Below are positions 12,529 to 26,646 of a stretch of DNA of 64,000 nt, in pieces. The translations under genes were made by a program, and so were the position numbers. Below the pieces are notes generated by a model. The model searched no databases and was not told the origin of the DNA. It saw only the letters and a list, made by a program, of their open reading frames with translations. The DNA is from Octopus vulgaris (Eukaryota), in NCBI GenBank assembly GCA_951406725.2, contig OX597828.1:2356001-2420000 (forward strand), given 5' to 3'. Every line of letters begins with the position of its first letter. Within the stretch, counting starts at the first letter, position 1.

Positions 12529-14475
12529 ATTTCTTCCACCAAATTCAGTCTACCACAATTTCTGCTGTCAAACACTAATGGCGTCTTTCCTTCTGTCTTT
12601 GAATCACACGTCGATTTCTCCTTTTTTCTTATTTTCTTTCTCTTCAGATATCTAAATAAAGGTAGTGACGTAGTCATCGATTGGACGTTTTCAATTATTT
12701 ATTTATTTATTTATTTCGGTGTCAACCGATAGAATAGATTTCCAATAGTAAGTTCTAAAGAATTCGAGGTTTTGACTTCGGGAGGATTAAGCCTTTCACA
12801 GTTTATTACTTTTGGGGTTTTTATATTCTTTCTATTTCTTGGCATATTGATTTCATACAACTTTTTAAAAAAATAGATTGGGAAAATTTTTTAATTTTCT
12901 GGAAGATTACTACCCTCGTAGAATGGTGTGGCTGAAAACAAGAGCTTGCTGCTATATCACTTTGCTTATTGCTAAACCATTTAGCTATGTAACTTATAGC
13001 GGACGTAGTCAAACCTTCTTGTTACAATTAAAACCAATGAGCTTTCATTGCTTTCATGATAAATATGAAAGTTGAGGAACTTTATAAAGAAATTGGTAAC
13101 ATAATTGTTATAATAACTAAATTAACTATTGTTCTTGATGCTGATGGCTCTCGGTGTAATTAACCTAAGTGAATTGTTGGTTATTTTTACAATATGTTAA
13201 ATCTTCACGCCCTGTTTTGCACTTTAATCTATTTAGTCTTCCGCTCCAACTTCGACAGTACAGTCAAGTCTAATTGTGCTAAAATGACGAAATTATTAAA
13301 ATTATATTAGTCACTAAGATAATGTAATTTCCTCTCTACTTAACTAGTGTCTTTAATTAGCTATTAGCTGACTATATCAAATTTTCTAACACCAACTTTA
13401 TTGTGTGTTTGTTTTTTCATACATTGATCGTTTGTGAGGACTTTATTTTTTTAATAAGCATTTATTCATCTGTGGTTGGACACCCTTTAACGAAACATAT
13501 AACCTTCCACAGTTGTCCTGGGTAATTCATGATGATAATGCCGGTCTTTTGGTGATGGAAGTACTTCTGATATCTAGATACGCCCAAACTCTCAGTACCA
13601 TTACTATGTCTTACGAAAGCTGTTGGAGCTTCGATGAATTATATTATGACAATCCAATTCCTAAAGAAGGGACTGAAACCGACTGAAGGAGGACAGCCGT
13701 CAAGTATTGGTGATCAATCCTACCGAAAGCTTTCAATTGATTTACGTTGACTAGTGCCCCCATCCATGTCAAGTTCCTCCCAATGAAGTTGCAACAGGTC
13801 ATCGCGGTTGACCCTGAAATCAATCCTATGTTCCATTCCGTTATTTGTCCCGAGCAGTCAACCGAAGTGTTACTGAAAAGCTGTAAACATCCACTTGGAA
13901 TTGATTAAAATACACTCATCATGGTTCGCCAAAGACCAAATAGTATCTTTCTTACCTCTACTACTCATATCCATCGAACAGTCTTCGATCCATCGTATCT
14001 TAGATTACGCGCCTTAGCATTGATAACGGAGTCTTCGTGCATCGCGTAGAAGTGATCGAGGTACAATCTTATTATATGCATGTCGCTTGCGAGATTTTTA
14101 CAAAGCGCTTCTTCTAAGTTTCTATCTACGCCTCCTTCTGTTTTATTTTTGACTGTCGCCACTTCCTTACTAAACCTTATTGATCCTGTTCTAAACGTTC
14201 TTTTCAGGTAAACCTCCATTTGTTGTAGAAGAACGACCCTGACAACGCACGTTTACCGTACTCGCTGATAGATAGGCCAATAAAGAGAGATGAAATCGAT
14301 TGTCCACAATTCAAAGAGGTCGGCTATAAGATCACAATGCTTGGTCTGAGCGGTCGACCTAGAAAGGCTTATTCATTTATTCTTTTATTCTTATATTTGT
14401 TTCAATCATTTGACTACCAGTGGCCTAGCGTGTAGATAAATTAGTCAATAGACTATATATTATTCATATAAATAC

Positions 14476-14778
14476 AGTGAACATTTAAATACATAAGAGG
14501 TATCCATGAAGATACCTCGCTAGAAGGAACACCCAAAATCCAAACCACTATTAGGGATAAACCTCTAGGCGTACCTGTTGCTGAAGACTTCACTTAGCAA
14601 ATTATTTTATTTGCTAAAAAAAAAGCCTGAAACCATGGTTCAGGAGACAGATGGTAAATGCTTTTATTTTTCATTCCCTTCGAGGTTTATCCCTAATAGT
14701 GGTTTGAAATTTGGCTGTTCCTTCTAGCAAGCCAGGAATCTATGACGCATCCCTCTCATGTGTTTAAATGTACACTGT
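14476..14778. mobile_element. Fold-back element with ~95-bp imperfect inverted arms and a hammerhead-like motif in the loop
   Basis: aaaccactattagggataaacctc is paired by gaggtttatccctaatagtggttt. The loop (14574-14644) reads CTGAAGA..TTAGCAAAT/ATTTGCTAA..GAAAC-CATG-GTT-CAGG. Confidence 0.65.
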
Positions 14779-14779
14779 A

Positions 14780-14825
<46 letters not shown>

Positions 14826-14828
<3 letters not shown>

Positions 14829-14991
14829 GACTTGCTTCTTTCAGCTTCCGTCTACAAAATACACACACAAGGCTTTGGTCGGCCCGAGGCTAGAGTAGAA
14901 GTCACTTACCCAAGGTGCCACACAGTGAGGCGGAACCTAGAACCATGTGGTTGGGAAGAAAGCTTCTTACCACACAGCCACGCTGCGCCTG
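14826..14991 (-). mobile_element. SINE S1, 5' half
   Basis: Reverse complement of the S1 head. Confidence 0.8.
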
Positions 14992-17900
14992 TAAGTTTGG
15001 GGTGGTGAGTAAGGCGCATTCAACTTCCAGTAACCAGATCTCTGCCCATGAAGCCTATCTAGGTCGACCGCTCAGATCAAAATTTGTGATCTTATAGCCG
15101 ACCACTTTGAAATGTGCACAACGTATTCCATCTCTCTCTACTGGCCTCTCTATCGAGTCACGAGCCGAAGGAACCGGTGCAATTTTCCACGTCCTCATTG
15201 GAACATTCAAGAAATCTAGGCGGTAGTGTCAGAGCGTAGGAAACATTTGAGCAGGTTTATGAGGAATTTGAACCCATCTCTCTTATCAGCTATTTCCACA
15301 TAGTCCATCTTGCAACAAAAATACCGTTTCAATCTCCCTTAGGCACTAACAAGCGGAACGCTCCCATGAAACATGCTAGATACCTAAAGAAATTTGACTG
15401 CACCGTCTTGGCGGGATGTAAACAGTTTTTGGTCGGAAGATATGCCCTACGCTGCTGGTCAAGTCAAGCACCACCGTCTTACACTTTGGGTCTAAGAAGA
15501 TAGTACATATTGCAAGATCCAGACCTTTCCGAAACAGACAGCGACTCCGTCTCCCGATCCCGAGAGAGATATACATACCTCGTATTCGCCGAAATAGGTT
15601 GCGAAGGCTCGTGGACCAGAAATTCTAGTCTCGCTGATGACCACGACGTCTATATCTAGTGACCTGAGGTTGTTGAGCTGATGGCCTTGCTTCCAATGTG
15701 ACCTCACATACAACCGCACAGCTTTTTCGAAATAAGACCATATTGGATAAAAGGAAGAAAAAGAGAAGGAACACGTACCATATTTCTTTAAAAGGACAAG
15801 TGTTCCATCCGTACAGCTTGTTGCAAGTATTTTCACGGATTAGTTTTTGTAAGATTTGTTGTTAATATTTCGTCAGAAAATCTCCTATTGCAGCGCTATA
15901 TTTTTTAAAAGCCTTGTGTTCTTCTGAAGATTAAATTTTTATGTGTTTCTGCATGCTTGTTTGTCTGTGATATTTGTATGTTGATGTATGTGATTCATTA
16001 ATTTTTTTTGCTTCTATCTGCGGCCATGTAATTAACAATTTCTTTCTGCTGCTGTTATGGGAGCAAATTAAGTTGTGCTTGCGTTTGTAATGCTGGTGAT
16101 GGTCGTAGTAGCAGAGGTGGTGGCGGTAGCAATGACGGTACTGATAGTATTTATTTGTTTTTACTTTCCACCATTTAGAGTCCCTCTCTCTTCACCACAC
16201 GGGTCTGAGATACATGTCTGTGGTGGTGGTGGTGGTGGTGGTGGTGGTGGGGAGTTAGTTTAGTACTGTCCATGTTGTCGTTTTGGGACTTTCTGTTACT
16301 GTTGTTGTGGCTGTTGTAGTTGCCTTTGAGTGCGGTGCTTCTTTTGTTGGTTTGTTACTGTTGCTTCCACTGTTCGTGTTACTGCTGTTGTTGTTTCCAT
16401 TCTTGCGGCCGGTGCTGCAGCCACTGTTGCTGCGGTTGAGAGCGGTTACTGGTATTGCTGTTGATGTTGTAGTTACTGCCATTGTTGTTGCTGTTGGTGT
16501 TGTAGCATTGACACCGGTGGAGGTATTCTTTCATTTTCTTTTGTTGTTAGGGATACGAGACCTTGAAATGACAGGTGTTTGCACAATTGTGGTATCTAGG
16601 CCTTCTATTCTCAACTATCACCTGATGTTCCTGTCCTCGAGGGATCTTTATCACATTGAGTACCCTATTCCATGTCTCAGGTTTCGCCAAAATAAGGATA
16701 TCACAATTCCACTCGAATTTTCCTTTTGAAATCCTTTTATTTCCAGCAGCATGTTTGTTTCTTCCTGCACAACATATTTCAACACCCACTAGAAGTCTAG
16801 TTCTGGTGGAATATTTGCAATTTTTACTCTGATTACTCTCCATTCTAGATAAATTGTCATCCGTGTAAATTTCACAAACATTGTAGCTTTTATGGATCAA
16901 TGTCTCAGAGAAAAATCCACTCGCATGCATCCTTATTGACTGACACATATGAAAAAGTTTAAGCCTCTCCAGATGCTTTTAAGGTACAATTCAGCGTTTT
17001 CTGAACAGATTCGCGCCAGTCTACACCTGTATAACACTGTTCTTCTGTCTGTTCATTCTGATATTACAAAGTAATATCAAAAGACCCTGGGCAGAGAGAG
17101 AAAAAGTTTTGTACTGTCTTGATAAACTTTAAAAAAGTATGATGTAGTACCACCATCACGTGTAGGAGGCATTAATTATCACAAGAAACTATATAGCTTA
17201 GGAAAAGTAGCATTCTAAAGCAGGAAAAAATGCAGTACGAAATCTCATGAAAAGTATCCGACAACCTGATAGAATTCCTAATAAAAAAAAGTAATATTTC
17301 GAAATAAATTTTCACTACATATGTTTTTTTTTTCTGACGCTAACACCATTAAATGCAACCCTATAATTATGGAATTACTGTGGCTATTGCATTCATAGTC
17401 CATGCGCTTACCTCAAGCCTCTTAAATGACCACAATCTTTCTCATTTCCAGAATTGTTTTGGCAGTCAAACTTCCCACCAACCCATTTTGTTTTCGTCAT
17501 CTCTCAATACGGTAACTTTTTTGATTGAAGTGACCCAGGTGGCGGCCATCTTGGGTATATTTTTCACCAAGACTCTGGAGAGTGAGATATTTCTTCTTAC
17601 GATTGTTTTCTTGGACACAGCAGTTTTAATCACATTTATCGAATACGTATTCCCAACAGTTAATGAGTAGTCTCCTTTTTTTTTACCCATTAAACATTAT
17701 ACATTCCGCGTTTTGTGCCAAAAATCACTTCACTTGCAACCCACTAATCTAGTAATGAAATGTTTAGGTAGTATTTATTCGAATAAATTTATTCGCAGTT
17801 CATTTGGAAGCTATAAACCTTCTTCAGTGCATTTAATGTTATGATATGAAATAGAATGATTCCCGTCTTATTTGTCCATAGAGAAGTGAATGGAAAATAG

Positions 17901-18870
17901 ATAACTGATATTTCTTTTTCAAATTTTACTTCCATTAATGTACTGGTATATTAATAACAATTTAATGCTTTTCAAATTAGTGAACTTCCGTTGGTGAAAC
18001 GAGTAGAACGAGTTACTAAAGGTCAGCGTCCATCACTGAAGACCAGAAATATGTCAACTTGTACTGCTCTGCTATTTGAAGTCCAAGTACATTTTTACGA
18101 CTCATTATATAGCTTCAATTTTGAAAGAAAACTGCAAACATCATTTACAACATTTCGGGTTTCATTCTGGCATATTCCAACATTATTAACTTCGAATTCC
18201 ATACTAAATATACTATGAAGTAAGACAAATAATTCAGAGTCGCCAAAGGCGTCAATATGAATATTAACGGCGAATAAAGATATATTAAATGCAAAACATG
18301 GTAAACAATTTATTGAAATTATTTTCTCTCCAAAAAAAAAAAAAATGAACAAATGTGATCAACTCCAAATGAGAATGAGAGATAATTTCAAGAATTAAAA
18401 AATGCACCGAAATTGACAGCCCGTTAAAGTAAGACAGTCGGGTTTCCAAGAAACAATACGACAGGTGTGAACACATGTTTCTGTTTCATTGGTTGTTGGT
18501 AGCTAATGAAGTTTAACTCCAATCGACGCAAAACTTAAACATGTACAAAAAAAAATTAACTTTTGTGGCCTAGGATGTTTCATAATCTGTGTGTTTGTGT
18601 GTATGTGTGTGTATAAAATATACGTGTACGTGTGTGTAGAGAGAGAGAGGGGAAGGGAGAGAGGGAGGAAGGGAGAGAGAGAGGAAGGGAGGGAGAGGAA
18701 AGGAGAGACAGGAAGGAAGAGAGAGAGGAAGAGAGAGAGAGAGAGAGCGAGGAAGGGGGAAAGAGAGTGAGCTCAAATAATCGTAAGTGTTCCTACTACT
18801 CGTTGCGCTTAATCTTGGATTATAATTGAGTGATTGAATTGTACCTGCCTGGATATATTAGCCCCATCTT

Positions 18871-18927
<57 letters not shown>

Positions 18928-19249
18928 GTGTGTTTGTGTGGGTGTGTCTGTATATGTATGTATGTATGTATGTATGTATCTTGAGCAGTAATACTTAATG
19001 TAGTTGTTGGTAATGGCCGGTCAGAAAGTTATCATTGGTTACACGCCTATTATTGCTCTTAGCAATATAGGAGAGTCATTAGACCCGGTGGCCAAAGGCA
19101 CATGACGCTGTTCTAATGGAGGTAAGAATACAATCTTAATCAACAGGGTTGTGAAAAGCAAAAACCTAAAACGAAATTCCTCGATGCGGAAACCCCTTCT
19201 GGGCGAGATACAGTCATCTCCCTTCGACCGGTTGCAGTTGAGTCCGAAA

Positions 19250-20350
19250 GGGTCATTTTATGTACATTTTCCGTTCACTAGTCAGTAGACGGGGAATTTC
19301 ATGTGTCACAAATTTTCTCTCATGAAGGTACCGACTAAACACCTGACTTCTGGAATTGAAGAAGGCCTCCGGATCAAGTGGTTTTTTTAGGATCCTTGCC
19401 CTCTCGGCCAGGCAAAGTTTTCTTCGTCTGTTACCGTTGAGGTATGGTCCAGATGTTCCAGGAGCTTTCATTTAATCCTGTATGATTTACCCTCTCTATG
19501 AAATGGAGGTAGTGTCCGCCAGTAATAGCAGAAACAGAAGCGATGGCAGCAGCAATAACAGCAACAGAAGCACCAACAACTCGTCCGGTAATAGCAGCAG
19601 CAACAGCAGCAGCATCAGCACAAGCACCAGCAACGTATCCAACAGTAACAGCGATAATAGCGGCAGCAGCAATAACACCAACATCAATAACGGAAGGAAA
19701 CATACATGGAAACTTGCTGGATCAAGGGAGGGTACATTTAGGCGACGACTAAATAACCACAGGTCCTCCTCTAAGATCCCATGGAGGCGCACGGTTTTGG
19801 CCAACTACATATGACGTTTAAAAGAAGGAAACATCATAGAGGAACAGTCTGGGCCATACCTCAACGGAAGCAGACGATGCACTCTTTGCTTGCAGTGAGG
19901 ACAAAGATCCTAAAAAATTCGCTTGACCTGGGCGACTTCTTAAATTCCAAACCTGAAATGTTTATTAGGTGCTCTTATGAGGAAAAATTCATGATGCAGG
20001 CGTGTAATTCCCCGCTTGTTGACCAGTGAACAGAAATCATGCATAAACAGACTCTTTTTTTGGACACGATGTATTTTTACAACATGGCAGTCTAATGACA
20101 CATCTCAGTCAATGTTGTTGGCTGTGTTGGTAATGATACGGACTTACTTAAGTCTGTTCAGAGTTGCCTATCATCGGTATTTCCCATTGATAATGTCTAA
20201 AGAGCTAGAAACGCGTCTGGGAATCCGACAAGGGGCAGCACTCGATAGATATGGTGTTTTTACACCTCATTACCATAAGAGGAAATTTTCTCCACGGTAA
20301 CTGCAGTAAATTTGCCTTTAGAAGTTGAAATATATCACAGGCATACTTTA
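19250..20350. mobile_element. Divergent pair of Naiad-like PLE 3' remnants with pLTR, around an (AGC/AAC)-rich spacer
   Basis: Minus strand 19253-19471 encodes KLCLAERARIL..FNSRSQVFSRYLHERKF. Plus strand 19700-20030 carries the homologous frameshifted EN C-terminus, followed by a terminal repeat also seen at 41890-42335. Confidence 0.7.
20181..20223 (+). ncRNA. Hammerhead with U3-A8 core in PLE terminal repeat
   Basis: TTCCCA-TTGATAA-[stem II]-GAAAC-GC-GTC-TGGGAA, with a 6-bp stem I. Confidence 0.65.
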
Positions 20351-20362
20351 ACTAAAGTAATC

Positions 20363-20424
<62 letters not shown>

Positions 20425-20456
20425 CACACATACATATATGTATGTATGCATGTATG

Positions 20457-20494
<38 letters not shown>

Positions 20495-20548
20495 CATACA
20501 TACATACATACATACGTACATATAAGTATGTGTGTATATGTATGTATG

Positions 20549-21050
20549 TTGCATGGTCGGGTCGTCGGCGACTAAACCGGCAACCCCACCAAGCTTGCTT
20601 GGTGAGGAGGGTGTTTATTGGACACCCTGCGGGATGAAAAACAAAACCCGTCAAAGGGCGGAGGAACTCTTGAGAGTCAACGGCCATCCAATAAATGTCT
20701 TAAGGCTGTATCATGCGCGGGGACATAGAAATAATCGGACTGAGTACCCGATCGCGTGGTTAAACCATTGGAAGTGAAGGACTCCTAGCCTTTGTTAGGG
20801 CATCCTTCTAGGAGAAGGTAACTCTGGTAACTGGGATAACTCCGACATAAAACCTGCGGCTCAGTGGTTACCGATGATGTTGATTTGTTCTTCTTTTCGG
20901 ATTATGGCTGCTGCTGCTTAGTGAGTGGGATTGACTCAGTGCACAGCCTTTCTTCACTTTAAAAATATCTTCTTGCACAGGCATTGCACGATAACAACAT
21001 TGATTAAGCTTCGTGCAATGGACATACTCGATAACGAGGAGGCAGCCACC
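20549..21050 (+). mobile_element. Non-autonomous RTE derivative (5' end + 3' end, no ORF)
   Basis: The 5' part aligns to 3746-3870 of the RTE. The 3' end gcaatgg..ctcg..gccaccatgtatg resembles 7370-7412. (ATGT)n on both sides. Confidence 0.75.
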
Positions 21051-21480
21051 ATGTATGTATGTATGCATGCATGCTTGCATGTATGTATGTATGTATGTAT
21101 GTATGTATGTATGTTTGTATGTATGTATGTATGTATGTATGTATGTATGTATGTATGAATGTATGTATGTATGCATGTATGTAGATAAAAACCTTTGACT
21201 CTGCAACACTGTATATAAATTCTCTACGGGGAATGACGAAGTTAAAAAATCTGGTGGATCTCACTCATAAGAGAATCATACATTGCTTATAAACTCTATA
21301 TTTGGAAGGACCCGTTTTAAAATCTGTTGGACTTTTGGACTTCACTCAAAGGATATTGGAATATTGCATATATACCGTTATGCCTAAAAAATGGATTTAC
21401 AACTTCAATATCCATACATCTATTTTCTTTCTTCCACCTCACTGTCTAAACTTACTAAGACTTAACCATCCTCACACACC

Positions 21481-21533
21481 GTCTCCGATGAAGGGATATA
21501 AATAAATAAATATCCTAGAAACAGCTGTAAGAC
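21481..21533 (+). ncRNA. Hammerhead, U4C variant, within a ~400-bp repeat-like block (21195-21600)
   Basis: GTCT-CCGATGA-AGGGATAT/loop/ATATCCTA-GAAAC-AGCT-GTA-AGAC. All three stems pair. Confidence 0.75.
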
Positions 21534-21606
21534 CTTCTATCTATAAATGCTCTAATATCTACACAGCCTTGGTTTTTTATCTTATTACGCAAAAAATTCT
21601 TATATA

Positions 21607-21655
<49 letters not shown>

Positions 21656-21722
21656 AAGTACATTTATTCAAAACTGACCATTCACTCAGAGCTTCTCTGT
21701 AAGTACAATACTTTAGGCGACG

Positions 21723-21771
<49 letters not shown>

Positions 21772-21776
21772 CAAGT

Positions 21777-21867
<91 letters not shown>

Positions 21868-22100
21868 CATATATTTATATCTGTACGTGTGCATACAGTG
21901 TAGTGTTCATATATGTTTCTTCTCGAAAATTTGACCAGTATTACTGATCACGAAATTAGTTTCTGATGATTATGATATTTATAACAAACTAATGTGTAAG
22001 TCGTCACTGAGAAAATGGGTGATTACAAAAAGAAGAGAAAAATAGAATTAGTGTGTGGTCATACACCAATATGCAAATATATATATATATACAAAAAGTG

Positions 22101-22141
<41 letters not shown>

Positions 22142-22162
22142 ATAAATATATATATATATATA

Positions 22163-22660
<498 letters not shown>

Positions 22661-22827
22661 CAATAATATTATATGCAATTTTCTAGATGGTGTAATTTAA
22701 TTGTTCATTTTGAATTGATAAAAGGTGTTTTTTCTAATTTTTATATATATATTATATTTTGTGAAATTTGATTTAGTATTTCTAAATTGGATTTTTCCCT
22801 GTAAGTTAGGAATAATATTCCCTCAAA

Positions 22828-22905
<78 letters not shown>

Positions 22906-22907
22906 TG

Positions 22908-22983
<76 letters not shown>

Positions 22984-22984
22984 T

Positions 22985-23409
22985 ACAGGAGTAGCTGTGT
23001 GGTAAGTAGCTTGCTTACCAACTACATGGCTCCAGGTTCAGTCCCACTGCGTGTCACCTTGAGCAAGTGTCTTCTACTATAGCCTCGGGCCGACCAAAGT
23101 CTTGTGAGTGGATTTGGTAGACGGAAACTGAAAAGAAGCCCGTCGTATATATGTATATATGTATATGTGTGTATGTGTGTGTGTGTGTGTGTGTGCATAT
23201 GTTTGTGTGTCTGTGTTTGTCCCTCCAACATCGCTTGACAACCGATGCTGGTGTGTTTACGTCCCTGTAACTTAGTGGTTCGGCAAAAGAGACTAATAGA
23301 ATAAGTACTTGGCTTACAAAGAATAAGTCCTGGTTCCATTTGCTCGACTAAAGGCGGTGCTCCAGCATGGCCGCAGTCAAATGACTGAAACAAGTAAAAG
23401 AGTAAGGAG
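22985..23409 (+). mobile_element. SINE S1, full length
   Basis: Highly similar to 22163-22557. Confidence 0.9.
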
Positions 23410-24418
23410 TATATACATTTATGTATCAACATATGTGTGCGTGTATATGTGTGTGTGTGACAACAATGATTATGAAAATGAAATTGTATGTTTGTACGTA
23501 TGTGTATGTCTGTATGTGGCGTATCCTCTGCCAGTCAAGTCCCATGACATTAACTTTTAATCTTCCCCGGTAACTTATACTTTATCTGTCTCTTTCTCTT
23601 ACACAGCAGACACATCCAGATACACAAAGTTATACAAGCGTGCATGTACATATATATGTGACTCACTTCAGCAGCCACTATTATTACAAGTGTTAATTTT
23701 TGCGTGTCTTTTAGTTGTCACAAGACTTATTTTGGGCGCCAATAGGAACGTGTTTGTCACATGACCTTGCTGACCGTATGTAGCGGAAGACAATATTTTC
23801 AGAAGCAATGTCAAATGACTTGTTTTTATTGGCTATTTTCAGCCAATCGGATTATTTACTTTTGGCTCGCTTGCTGTTTGCCCAACGAATTGTTGGCTCC
23901 CACTTTTCTCAATATAAATAGCTATTTGCTAAACATTGAGCAGAGTAGAAAATGAAAGCAACAGGATTCCACGACATTTGAACTCTTAAATTAGCACACA
24001 TATTCTCTCACCCACGTGCTAGAATAATATTAATATTCCCACAGACGAATTTGTCTTGTCTCAGACTTACTTCATAACGATGTGCAGTTTAGGAAGTTAC
24101 TACATAACATTCCTTGATATTTCAGTTTTACATTACAAATGCTAATTTTTACTTTGTTTCTAAAAACATTCATTTGCCACGATAAACATTTGTGAAGAAA
24201 TTTTGAACGTTCATTCATGAGCAAAATGATTTGGTTGATTCTAGACATTTTGGTATTACAGATGGTGAAGAGGTAAAAAATAATGTATTAGTCGTCAAAC
24301 CGTTTTATACATACACACACAGATATACATATACATACACACACACATCCATATGTATGTCTGTGTGTGTACGTGTATGAATATAATATATATATATATA
24401 TTGGTGCCTTGTTGTACC

Positions 24419-24499
<81 letters not shown>

Positions 24500-24779
24500 T
24501 TTATACATTGTCTGACTCAAATTTCGGCTATTTTCGGACTTGCTTCTGTATTACTATGTTTTCGTCATTCAAATTAATGGATGATTTAGCGATTCGCCAA
24601 AGGTCCCAGTTAGTGCATATATTTACATTTATGTGCATTGTATACAGTATTATGGCATGTTAGCTCTTATTTCTAGCAATCTAGGTGTTTGTAACACCCT
24701 TGTCACATTTAGTGACTGTTATAATTCTCCTTTTTGGTGAAACAGAGCAAACTAATGTTTATATTAATTTTACATATAT

Positions 24780-25255
24780 GGTCTTGGGACCACTGCTTTT
24801 CATAGTGGCCTTCTCATATATGCCCTCAGCTGCCCGGATAGCCGCCCTTACTAGCTACGCAGACGATACGAAAGTATCGCAGAAAATACAGAACCCCAGC
24901 GATGTTGCACACCTGCAGCAGGAGTTGGACTCAATTTACAGATGGGCTGAAGATAATAATATGCAGTTTAATGCTGAAAAATTCCAAGCCCTGCGCTACC
25001 ACCGTACAAAACTGAATATAAACTTACATGGTACACAGGTCCACAGAGGATTACAGTCCCAGAGCCTAAATCAGTGAGGGACCTGGGTATCGACATGAGT
25101 GATGATACCTCTTTCCAAGTGCACATTACCAGGATAGCGACAAAGTGCAGACGACTGGCTAGATGGATCCTGAGAACGTTCAGAACTAGAGGGAAGGAAA
25201 CCATGATGGTCCACTGGAGGACAGTCGTCCTGAACCAGCTGGATTATGGTCCCTC
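24780..25255 (+). mobile_element. CR1/L2-like LINE RT fragment
   Basis: VLGPLLF..YADDTK..LQQELD..WAEDNNMQFNAEKF..RDLG. Confidence 0.85.
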
Positions 25256-25423
25256 TTAGTGTATATGTTTACACTTATGTGCGTTGACTACAGCTTCAGA
25301 GGATTTTAGCTCTTATTTCTAGCAATATATATATTTTCATCGTTCGACATTTACGTGTATGTATGTATGTATGTATGTATGTATGTATGTATGTATGTAT
25401 GTATGTATGTATGTATGTATGTA

Positions 25424-25573
25424 GGGAGAGCTTACAAAAAACCAAAAGACGAAGACAGGTGGTGTACAAAACAAACAGATGTATTAGTATAACGCTCAGG
25501 AATAGAAAAAGTCTTACGTTTCGAGCCTACGCTCTTCTACAGAAAGGGAAACAGAAAAAAAAAAACAAGGAGA

Positions 25574-25578
<5 letters not shown>
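25424..25578 (-). mobile_element. Hammerhead-bearing short element, family A2 (motif at 25511-25546)
   Basis: Reverse complement of 28350-28525. Motif is CTGTAGA-A-GAGC/gtag/GCTC-GAAAC-GTA. Confidence 0.7.
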
Positions 25579-25610
<32 letters not shown>

Positions 25611-25612
<2 letters not shown>

Positions 25613-25886
25613 TAAGCACATAAATGTATTACAAGATGGGAATAAATAGTACTCGAATACCGGAGGTAGAATATTATGCTTTATTAATATGAAAGCTGAA
25701 AAAAAAACATCACAAAAAATGAAAAGAAACCAATTTCAAATGTGTATCTGTCAATGTAAATTGTATATTTTATACATACACACTTTATTTTGCTCCATTC
25801 TCAATCTAAACTGTCCGACAAACGGTAACGTGAAACTCTGAGTAGCAGTTTTTTGTGATGTTTTTGGTGCTTTAACAATAATAAAC
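25611..25886. mobile_element. Second family B fold-back element with decayed hammerhead (25811-25848, plus strand)
   Basis: Left part is the reverse complement of 11650-11725. Motif is CTGT-CCGACAA-ACGGTAACGT-GAAAC-TCTGA-GTA-GCAG. (TA)n on both sides. Confidence 0.7.
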
Positions 25887-25955
<69 letters not shown>

Positions 25956-25978
25956 TTGTATGTATGTATGTTTGTATG

Positions 25979-26010
<32 letters not shown>

Positions 26011-26029
26011 AACTTACTTGGAGAAGAGA

Positions 26030-26520
26030 AACAACGCGTGCGTTCGGTCATATAATAACAATATAATAAATAAATAAAACATATGCATATATACATACAT
26101 ATATATACATACTTACATCTATATGTATATATACATGCATATTTATATATATAAATATGAGTACAGGACACCACAAATAAATGTAGAACACAACGAGAAA
26201 CGAAAACATAAAATCAAACAAAGAAACGGACTCTTTTTAACAATGAAAAAACTGAGTACAGGACAAACAATACAAGGAAAATTCCCCTTCGTCAGCTGCC
26301 CCTGGTTCGACTCAATGCGTGTTTCGAAGGTAAGGTCAGAACACGGCCAGGCCGAAACAATCCAAGGAATTAAATAAAATTATTTTGCAGAGGGGTAAAA
26401 CAAGTGACAAGAACAGGACGTAAAAGCAATACAAATGAAGAAAAAAACAGTACAAATAAAGAATAACACAAGGAAACCAACAATAAGGGCTTTTTAGGCC
26501 TAGACGGTGGAAAAATTAGT
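26030..26520. repeat. Dispersed repeat shared (inverted) with 2050-2290
   Basis: gagtacaggacaccacaaata...ttccccttcgtcagctg is the reverse complement of 2052-2196. Confidence 0.7.
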
Positions 26521-26523
26521 TAG

Positions 26524-26592
<69 letters not shown>

Positions 26593-26599
26593 ATATATG

Positions 26600-26644
<45 letters not shown>

Positions 26645-26646
<2 letters not shown>

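Larger units (their letters stand above)
13450..17700 (-). mobile_element. Degraded Tx1/L1-clade LINE interrupted by later insertions
   Basis: Collinear minus-strand remnants: ORF1 zinc-knuckle relic RPRYHNCANTCHFKVSYP (~16550-16620), APE LRSLDIDVVVISETR..GVAVCF (~15500-15700), tether (13965-14219), and RT NQLKAFGRIDHQYL..GFSPFFRNWI (~13650-13760). Confidence 0.7.

Noticed and set aside
16075-16729. Hydrophobic plus-strand ORFs suggesting a membrane protein
   Set aside because: They are antisense readings of (AAC/ACC)-rich low-complexity sequence within the LINE ORF1 remnant.
17991-18476. Short ORFs in unique-looking sequence
   Set aside because: No recognisable domain or convincing splice-site pair.
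19431-19814. Ser/Asn-rich or Ala/Thr-rich ORFs
   Set aside because: Degenerate trinucleotide spacer between PLE remnants.
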